Positions 7,656-13,017 of a stretch of 13,017 nt of DNA are shown here, piece by piece. The number at the start of each line of letters is the position of its first letter. Positions within the stretch are counted from its first letter, which is position 1. The stretch spans positions 1 through 13,017 of the forward strand of contig CAXEHY010000085.1 of NCBI GenBank assembly GCA_963996865.1, given 5' to 3'. Made by a program: the position numbers and the translations under genes. Origin of the DNA: an uncultured Flavobacteriales bacterium. Its GTDB lineage: Bacteria > Bacteroidota > Bacteroidia > Flavobacteriales > SAT41. The notes below the pieces were generated by a model. That model did not search any database. It worked only from the letters and a program-made list of their open reading frames with translations, and was not told where the DNA came from.

Positions 7656-8524
7656 AAACTTAATATTGATTTCATTTTTTTACCTATAGCGGCAGGTGAT
7701 TTAACTACATGAACGCCACATTCTTTCATAATTTTCATTTTTGAATCAGCTGTATCTTCTTCTCCACCTACTATCGCTCCAGCATGTCCCATAGTTCGAC
7801 CTTTTGGAGCTGTTTGACCAGCAATAAAACCAACAACAGGCTTAGAAGAATGTTTTTGAATCCAATAAGCAGCTTCTGTTTCCATTTGTCCTCCTATTTC
7901 TCCTATCATAACAATTCCATCTGTATCTTTATCTTCCATAAATAATTTTATCATATCTAAAGTCGTTGATCCAATAATAGGATCACCTCCTATACCAACA
8001 CAAGTTGATTGACCTAAGCCAGCATTTGTTAATTGATCAACTGCTTCATAAGTTAATGTGCCTGATCTAGATATAACTCCTATATTTCCTGATTTATGAA
8101 TAAATCCAGGCATAATTCCAACTTTAGCTTCTCCGGGACTTATAATTCCAGGACAATTTGGTCCTATTAAAATAGAATCTTTTTTTTCTAAATAATTTTT
8201 TACAGAAATCATGTCTTTAACAGGAATACCCTCTGTAATACATACTATTACCTTAATGCCAGCGTCAGCCGCTTCAAAAATGGCGTCAGCAGCAAATGGA
8301 GGTGGAACAAAAATAATAGAAACATTCGCTCCTAATGCATTCACAGCTTGTTCAACGTAATTAAAAACAGGTTTGTCTAAATGATTTTGTCCATTTTTGC
8401 CAGGAGTAACGCCACCTACAACATTAGTTCCGTATTCAATCATTTGAGTAGCATGAAAAGTCCCCTCTTTACCTGTAAAACCTTGAACTATAATTTTTGA
8501 ATCTTTATTAACTAATATGCTCAT
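7652..8524 (-). CDS. sucD: Succinyl-CoA ligase [ADP-forming] alpha subunit, 290 aa
   Basis: [15 protein letters not shown] (CoA-binding), the phosphohistidine loop GHAGAIV, and SRSGTLTYE. Textbook SucD throughout. Confidence 0.95.
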   Translation of the reverse strand: MSILVNKDSKIIVQGFTGKEGTFHATQMIEYGTNVVGGVTPGKNGQNHLDKPVFNYVEQAVNALGANVSIIFVPPPFAADAIFEAADAGIKVIVCITEGIPVKDMISVKNYLEKKDSILIGPNCPGIISPGEAKVGIMPGFIHKSGNIGVISRSGTLTYEAVDQLTNAGLGQSTCVGIGGDPIIGSTTLDMIKLFMEDKDTDGIVMIGEIGGQMETEAAYWIQKHSSKPVVGFIAGQTAPKGRTMGHAGAIVGGEEDTADSKMKIMKECGVHVVKSPAAIGKKMKSILSL

Positions 8525-8531
8525 AAGAAAA

Positions 8532-8564
8532 CAAAAATATATTTTTTAGATTCTTAAACCCAAA
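8532..8564 (-). promoter_or_regulatory. Putative Bacteroidetes-type promoter for the sucD-fabG operon: -33 TTTG (complement of 8561-8564), 21-nt spacer, -7 TATTTTTG (complement of 8532-8539), 7 nt before the sucD ATG
   Basis: Reverse complement of 8525-8585 reads ...cTTTGggtttaagaatctaaaaaataTATTTTTGttttcttATG. This matches the Bacteroides consensus TTTG-N19-21-TAnnTTTG. Pattern match only. Confidence 0.35.
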
Positions 8565-8573
8565 GATTTTCAA

Positions 8574-8581
8574 TATTTTTG
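8574..8581 (+). promoter_or_regulatory. Putative -7 box TATTTTTG 4 nt upstream of the mnmE ATG (would imply a leaderless or near-leaderless transcript)
   Basis: Exact TAnnTTTG match at 8574-8581. No -33 TTTG at the expected spacing. Confidence 0.2.
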
Positions 8582-8585
8582 AAAC

Positions 8586-9944
8586 ATGTTAAATAATGCA
8601 AATATAATTTGTGCTATATCTACTCCTACAGGCAGCGGAGCAATAAGTATAATTAGAGTTACAGGTAATAATTGTTTGAAAGTTGTAAATAAAATGCTTC
8701 ACGCAAAAGTATCTGATAAAAAACAAAACATAATACATAAAAATAAAATTTTATATAATAATAAAATAATAGATGAAATTATGATATCATTTTTCAAAAA
8801 TCCTAAAAGTTACACCGGAGAAGATATGATTGAAATTTATTGTCATGGATCATTGTTTATTCAAAATAAAATTATGCAAACCTTAATAAAACATGGTATA
8901 AAAGTAGCTAAACCAGGAGAATTTACTATGAGATCTTTTTTAAATAATAAACTAAACTTGTCAGAAGCTGAAGCTGTATGTGATTTAATAAATGCTGAAA
9001 ATGAAGCCGCGCATGCATTAGCTGTCAAACAACTAAGAGGAGGAGTTTCAAATGAAATTAATATTTTAAGACAAGACCTTATTAATTTTGCTTCGTTAAT
9101 TGAATTAGAAATAGATTTCAGTGAAGAAGATGTTGAATTTGTAGATAGAAAAAAACTTATTTCTCTTTTAAATAAAATAGAATTCAAAATTAATAATTTA
9201 ATAAAATCTTTTAAATACGGGAACGCCATCAAAGAAGGAATTCCTGTAGTTATAGCAGGAAAACCAAACGTCGGTAAATCAACATTATTAAATTGCTTTT
9301 TAAAAGAGGAAAAAGCCATCACTTCTTCTATAGCTGGAACAACAAGAGATATTATTGAAGATAAAATAAATATAGACGGTTATGATTTTAGATTTTTTGA
9401 TACAGCAGGAATAAGAAAAGCAAAAGGAAAAATAGAACAATTAGGAGTAGAGAAAAGTTTACAAAAAATTAATCAATCAGACTTAATAATATATATTATT
9501 GATATGTCATCAAGCAAACATAAAATAGAAGAAGAAATTAAAAATATAAAAAATAAATATACAGATAAAAATATAATAATAGTCGGGAATAAAATAGATT
9601 TAAATAAAAGCATAAAAAATATTAATAATTTTCAAAATATTGTTTCTGTTTCTGCTAAAAACAAAAAAAATATTGAAAAAATAATAGATAAAATAAAAAA
9701 ATATATAATAATGAACAATCAGAATAATAACACAATTATTTCAAACGCAAGACATTTCGAATGTCTTTCTTTAGCAAGGGAAAATATAATGTCAGCAAAA
9801 AAAGGAATAGAACAAAACTTATCTCAAGATTTAATATCTATAGATATAAAAAATATATTATCAAACTTAGGAGAAATTGCAGGTGAAGTTTCAAATGAAG
9901 ATATATTAAATAATATTTTTAAAAATTTCTGTATCGGCAAGTAA
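8586..9944 (+). CDS. mnmE: tRNA modification GTPase MnmE (TrmE), 452 aa
   Basis: N-terminal IICAISTPTGSGAISIIRVTG, G-domain GKPNVGKSTLLN (G1), DTAGIR (G3), NKIDL (G4), and the invariant C-terminal CIGK tetrapeptide. Confidence 0.95.
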   Translation: MLNNANIICAISTPTGSGAISIIRVTGNNCLKVVNKMLHAKVSDKKQNIIHKNKILYNNKIIDEIMISFFKNPKSYTGEDMIEIYCHGSLFIQNKIMQTLIKHGIKVAKPGEFTMRSFLNNKLNLSEAEAVCDLINAENEAAHALAVKQLRGGVSNEINILRQDLINFASLIELEIDFSEEDVEFVDRKKLISLLNKIEFKINNLIKSFKYGNAIKEGIPVVIAGKPNVGKSTLLNCFLKEEKAITSSIAGTTRDIIEDKINIDGYDFRFFDTAGIRKAKGKIEQLGVEKSLQKINQSDLIIYIIDMSSSKHKIEEEIKNIKNKYTDKNIIIVGNKIDLNKSIKNINNFQNIVSVSAKNKKNIEKIIDKIKKYIIMNNQNNNTIISNARHFECLSLARENIMSAKKGIEQNLSQDLISIDIKNILSNLGEIAGEVSNEDILNNIFKNFCIGK

Positions 9945-9973
9945 CTGGTTGCTTGTCACATTGTAAAATAAGA

Positions 9974-10816
9974 TTATTCTATCTCAATCAAAGCAACACC
10001 ATTCCATCTGAACTTTTTAAATTCAATATCTCTTTCGCCTCTATAATAAGAATCATGAACTATAATAATTGTATTTGGACTTCCTCTTTCGTCATCTGGA
10101 TAAATTACATATTCTTCATGCCATTCATCCTCATAGCCTCCACTCTCAAGATCAGTGATATTATAAAGCTTTCCTGCGTCAAGAATTAAAATTTGTTTAT
10201 AATCTACCCCATCACACTTCTCCTGATACTGATGCACTGAAAATATATCATCAATATTTTTAAACCCTTTACTTCCTAAAGACTCTAAATTAAATGACAC
10301 ATCAAATGGCATTTGTTGAGTAACTAGTTTGTCTAACTGCTTATTATTTTTAGAAACTCGAATCTGAAACAAACCTTCATCCTGAAATCCATTCTCGGTA
10401 ATAACTGAATGTACTCCAAAATGATATGCTACTATATCATTATCATATGATTCTGCACCTCCTATATAAACTGTTTTATAAGATATCATTCCTCCCCAAA
10501 CATAACCAATGTTTTTATCATTACGTATGTCTTGCAAATTACCAAAACTAACTTTATACCAATTAGATGTAAAACCTTTCAAAGTTAAGATGTAATCAGT
10601 TTTTTCTAAAATTTTAACATACGAAGCTATAGGTAATTTAGCCACAATCTTTCCTTTTGTAGAAGGAATATCTCTTATGTTAACATTATCTGCTATTAAG
10701 TGCTTGTAAGCTTCTTCTGGATGTAAGCTGAAATTATGATAATCATAACCAGGCTGTGAAAATAAACAACTACTTGCAAATAAAAAAAATAATATTAAAA
10801 ATGTATTTTTTGTCAC
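9974..10816 (-). CDS. Secreted/lipoprotein-like hypothetical protein with an N-terminal bacterial SH3 (SH3b) domain, 280 aa
   Basis: Signal peptide MTKNTFLILFFLFASSCLFSQ (possible lipobox A-S-S-C). Residues about 40-100, VNIRDIPSTKGKIVAKLPIASYVKILEKTDY...NWYKVSF...GYVWGGMIS, follow the SH3b pattern (vNvRsgPs...kvig.l..g..v.vl.....Wykv...g..Gwv....l). The C-terminal 170 aa (DE-rich, WHEEYVIYPDDERG) is unassigned. Confidence 0.65.
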   Translation of the reverse strand: MTKNTFLILFFLFASSCLFSQPGYDYHNFSLHPEEAYKHLIADNVNIRDIPSTKGKIVAKLPIASYVKILEKTDYILTLKGFTSNWYKVSFGNLQDIRNDKNIGYVWGGMISYKTVYIGGAESYDNDIVAYHFGVHSVITENGFQDEGLFQIRVSKNNKQLDKLVTQQMPFDVSFNLESLGSKGFKNIDDIFSVHQYQEKCDGVDYKQILILDAGKLYNITDLESGGYEDEWHEEYVIYPDDERGSPNTIIIVHDSYYRGERDIEFKKFRWNGVALIEIE

Positions 10817-10873
10817 TTTGTTAAAATTAAAATAACTTTAAAATCGTAAATTAGAAAATAAAATAGTTTTTAT

Positions 10874-10881
10874 CAAACATA
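10874..10881 (-). promoter_or_regulatory. Possible -7 box TATGTTTG (minus strand) about 57 nt upstream of the SH3b gene start, in the divergent intergenic region
   Basis: Complement of CAAACATA at 10874-10881 is an exact TAnnTTTG match. A -33 element would fall inside the neighbouring gene's start region and I did not find one. Confidence 0.15.
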
Positions 10882-10894
10882 AATAATAAATTAT

Positions 10895-12316
10895 ATGAAA
10901 AAGTTAATCTTTATTTCTCTTTTCTTAAACTCATTAATAGTTTTTGCTCAGCCTAGTATAGATCTAGTAACTTATGCTACAGGTTTCACGTTACCTGTTG
11001 ATATAGTTCATGCTGGCGATAACAGATTATTTATAGTTGAACAAGATGGAATAATCAAAATAATAGATGGGACAGGAAATGTTTTAAGTAATAATTTTAT
11101 AGATATAAGATCTATAGTTTCTTCTCCTGCAGATAATCTTCCTGGGTATGACGCTGAATTAGGACTTTTAGGTTTAGCTTTTCATCCTGATTTTCAAAAT
11201 AATGGATATTTTTATGTTAATTACACGGACAATAATCAAAATACAGTTATATCAAGATTTACAGCAAATGATCCTAGTGCAAATATAGCAGACCCTAATA
11301 GTGAATTAATAATTTTAACAGCTTCTCAACCTCATTGGAATCATAATGGAGGAGCTTTAAAATTTGGTCCTGACGGGTATTTGTATATTGGTCTTGGTGA
11401 CGGAGGAAGCGGAGGAGATCCATATGGAAACGGTCAAAACACATTAACTTTTTTAGGAAAAATTCTCAGAATAGATGTTGATAACGGATCTCCATATTCT
11501 ACTCCAGCCAACAATCCTTTTGTTGGCAGTGGAAGTGGTATTTTAGATGAAATATGGGCCATAGGATTAAGAAATCCTTGGAAGTTCAGTTTCGATAAAT
11601 CAACCGGAGATTTATGGATCGGAGATGTAGGTCAAAATGCTTGGGAAGAGATTAATTTTCAAGATAATACAAGTGCTGGAGGTGAAAATTATGGTTGGGA
11701 TTGTTATGAAGGTTTCTCAAATTTTTCAGCTTCATCTCAGCCTTGTAATTTAAATTATATTGATCCAATACATGTCTATCAAAACACCGGCTCTTCTGGA
11801 GATTGTTCTGTTACAGGGGGATATGTTTATAGAGGAACAAATTATCCAAACATGATGGGTCATTATATTTTTACAGACTATTGTAGTGGTAAATTTTGGA
11901 CTTTATATGACAATAATGGTAATTGGGACATGACTATACAGCCAAATTTCACAGGATATTATAGTTCTTTTGGAGAAGATGTAAATGGAGAAATTTTTAC
12001 TTGTAGATTATATAATGGCACAATATATAGAGTTGTTGATACTTCTCCTACAAATAATATAGAGGAAAAAATTAGAAAATCTTACATCTATCCTAATCCT
12101 ACTTTTAATTATTGTAATGTGTTTTTCAATTCAATAAATACAAATACAGAATTGAAGTTTTATGATTCTAGAGGTAATAATGTTAAAAACCATATTATAA
12201 ACTCAAATAGAACAAATATTAAAATAGATATCTCTGATTTAAAAAACGGATCATATATCATGCAAGTATGTAATAAAAATAACATAGAACATCATAATCT
12301 TTTAATAACAAAATAA
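10895..12316 (+). CDS. PQQ-dependent soluble sugar (glucose/sorbosone) dehydrogenase-family beta-propeller protein with signal peptide and a T9SS C-terminal sorting domain, 473 aa
   Basis: Signal peptide MKKLIFISLFLNSLIVFAQ. GSDH-family motifs: PVDIVHAGDNRLFIVEQDGII, LGLAFHPDF, and HWNHNGGALKFGPDGYLYIGLGDGG (consensus HnGGrL.FgpDGkLY...GD). The C-terminal 78 aa is a Por_Secre_tail-like domain (see the next feature). Confidence 0.85.
   Translation: MKKLIFISLFLNSLIVFAQPSIDLVTYATGFTLPVDIVHAGDNRLFIVEQDGIIKIIDGTGNVLSNNFIDIRSIVSSPADNLPGYDAELGLLGLAFHPDFQNNGYFYVNYTDNNQNTVISRFTANDPSANIADPNSELIILTASQPHWNHNGGALKFGPDGYLYIGLGDGGSGGDPYGNGQNTLTFLGKILRIDVDNGSPYSTPANNPFVGSGSGILDEIWAIGLRNPWKFSFDKSTGDLWIGDVGQNAWEEINFQDNTSAGGENYGWDCYEGFSNFSASSQPCNLNYIDPIHVYQNTGSSGDCSVTGGYVYRGTNYPNMMGHYIFTDYCSGKFWTLYDNNGNWDMTIQPNFTGYYSSFGEDVNGEIFTCRLYNGTIYRVVDTSPTNNIEEKIRKSYIYPNPTFNYCNVFFNSINTNTELKFYDSRGNNVKNHIINSNRTNIKIDISDLKNGSYIMQVCNKNNIEHHNLLITK
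12080..12313 (+). other. Type IX secretion system C-terminal sorting domain (CTD, TIGR04183-like) of the dehydrogenase
   Basis: SYIYPNPTFNYCNVFFNS...LKFYDSRGNNV...IDISDLKNGSYIMQV follows the canonical CTD pattern (l.PNP......i.......v.iyd..G..v........l..l..G.Y.v.v). Confidence 0.7.
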
Positions 12317-13017
12317 TGTCTTATTCTCCTTTGGCAAATCGTGTTAGACCAAATGACATTAAAAATTTTTATGGACAAAAGCATTTAATAGGTGAAAATG
12401 GACCTTTAAATAAAATTTTATCTAATAATCATCTGCCATCTTTAATATTATGGGGCCCTCCAGGAGTAGGAAAAACTACTCTAACAATATTAATATGTAA
12501 AAAATTAAATAAAAATTTTTTCAAAATAAATGCAACAGAATCTGGAGTGCAAGAAATTAGAGATATTGTTAAAAAATCAAAAAAAAATCAATTATTTGAA
12601 AATCCTATATTATTTATAGATGAAATACACAGATTTAATAAAAATCAACAAGACACTTTGTTAGATTCTGTAGAAAAGGGATTGATTACATTAATAGGAG
12701 CAACAACAGAAAACCCCTCATTTGAAATAACATCACCACTATTATCAAGATGTCAAGTATATAAATTAGAAAAATTAAATGAATATGATTTAAAACATAT
12801 CTTAAATCATGCATTAAAAACTGATATTATTTTAAATAAAATTAAAATTAAAATTAATGAATATGACAATTTAATTAAATATTCAAATGGAGATGCTAGA
12901 AAAATATTAAATTATTTAGAATTAATTGTAAAATCACAAAATAAAAAATCTATTATAATAAATAATAAAACTACTCAAGAAACATTAAAAAATATAAATA
13001 TAGAATATGATAAAAAA
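12316..13017 (+). CDS. rarA: Replication-associated recombination protein A (AAA+ ATPase RarA/MgsA), N-terminal 234 aa. Runs off the window end.
   Basis: Translation from the ATG at 12316 (TAATG overlap with the upstream stop): MSYSPLANRVRPNDIKNFYGQKHLIGENGPL...LILWGPPGVGKTTL (Walker A), LFIDEIHRFNKNQQDTLL (Walker B / sensor), GATTENPSFEITSPLLSRC (the RarA-specific GATTENP motif). Open to the window end. Confidence 0.85.
   Translation, partial: MSYSPLANRVRPNDIKNFYGQKHLIGENGPLNKILSNNHLPSLILWGPPGVGKTTLTILICKKLNKNFFKINATESGVQEIRDIVKKSKKNQLFENPILFIDEIHRFNKNQQDTLLDSVEKGLITLIGATTENPSFEITSPLLSRCQVYKLEKLNEYDLKHILNHALKTDIILNKIKIKINEYDNLIKYSNGDARKILNYLELIVKSQNKKSIIINNKTTQETLKNINIEYDKK

Noticed and set aside
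8861-9322. Minus-strand ORF, 153 aa, inside mnmE
   Set aside because: Antisense to the MnmE G-domain region. The translation is a low-complexity F/S/L-rich string typical of the reverse strand of K/E/N-rich genes. Spurious.
9945-9973. Possible bidirectional terminator between convergent mnmE and the SH3b gene
   Set aside because: The best stem I can find is GGCAAG/CTTGTC (6 bp including a G:U wobble, 10-nt loop), and it overlaps the end of mnmE. There is no adjacent U-tract on either strand. Too weak to call.
9953-10189. Plus-strand ORF, 78 aa, overlapping the 3' end of the SH3b gene
   Set aside because: It overlaps the longer minus-strand ORF, which has a convincing signal peptide and SH3b domain. 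The 78-aa product is hydrophobic low-complexity. The minus-strand gene is preferred.
1-13017. Search for a defence island, mobile element, CRISPR array, tRNA or integrase, prompted by the task hint
   Set aside because: Every intergenic gap is 80 nt or less. There are no direct repeats of CRISPR periodicity, no tRNA-like cloverleaf candidates, and no transposase/integrase/RM/toxin-like translations in any frame I inspected. The window is core housekeeping sequence. Any novel system here would have to be one of the gene-adjacency hypotheses listed in the findings, not a classical accessory island.

Overview
Extremely AT-rich window (roughly 22-25% GC by eye), densely coding with tiny or overlapping intergenic gaps. 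Gene content points to a streamlined low-GC Bacteroidota (Flavobacteriia-like) chromosome. The evidence is a T9SS C-terminal sorting domain, Bacteroidetes-type TAnnTTTG -7 promoter boxes, a BatA-type double-TM/vWA protein, and weak or absent Shine-Dalgarno sequences. I call 13 CDSs: glmM (5' part, minus strand, runs off the window start); a plus-strand compact operon comA-like/rhodanese/DUF368/aroE; a minus-strand run sucD-fabG-BatA/vWA-SPFH-small exported protein; mnmE (plus); a divergent pair of secreted proteins (an SH3b-domain protein and a PQQ sugar dehydrogenase carrying a T9SS sorting tail); and rarA (5' part, runs off the window end). I see no rRNA/tRNA, CRISPR, IS/transposon, integrase, or obvious defence/toxin module, so this reads as core housekeeping genome. 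The things most worth a second look are (i) a phosphosulfolactate-synthase-like gene translationally coupled to a rhodanese in a non-methanogen, (ii) a BatA/vWA + SPFH + small exported protein triad, and (iii) a T9SS-sorted quinoprotein dehydrogenase divergently paired with an SH3b exoprotein. All calls are from reading the sequence and translations by eye. No database searches were run.
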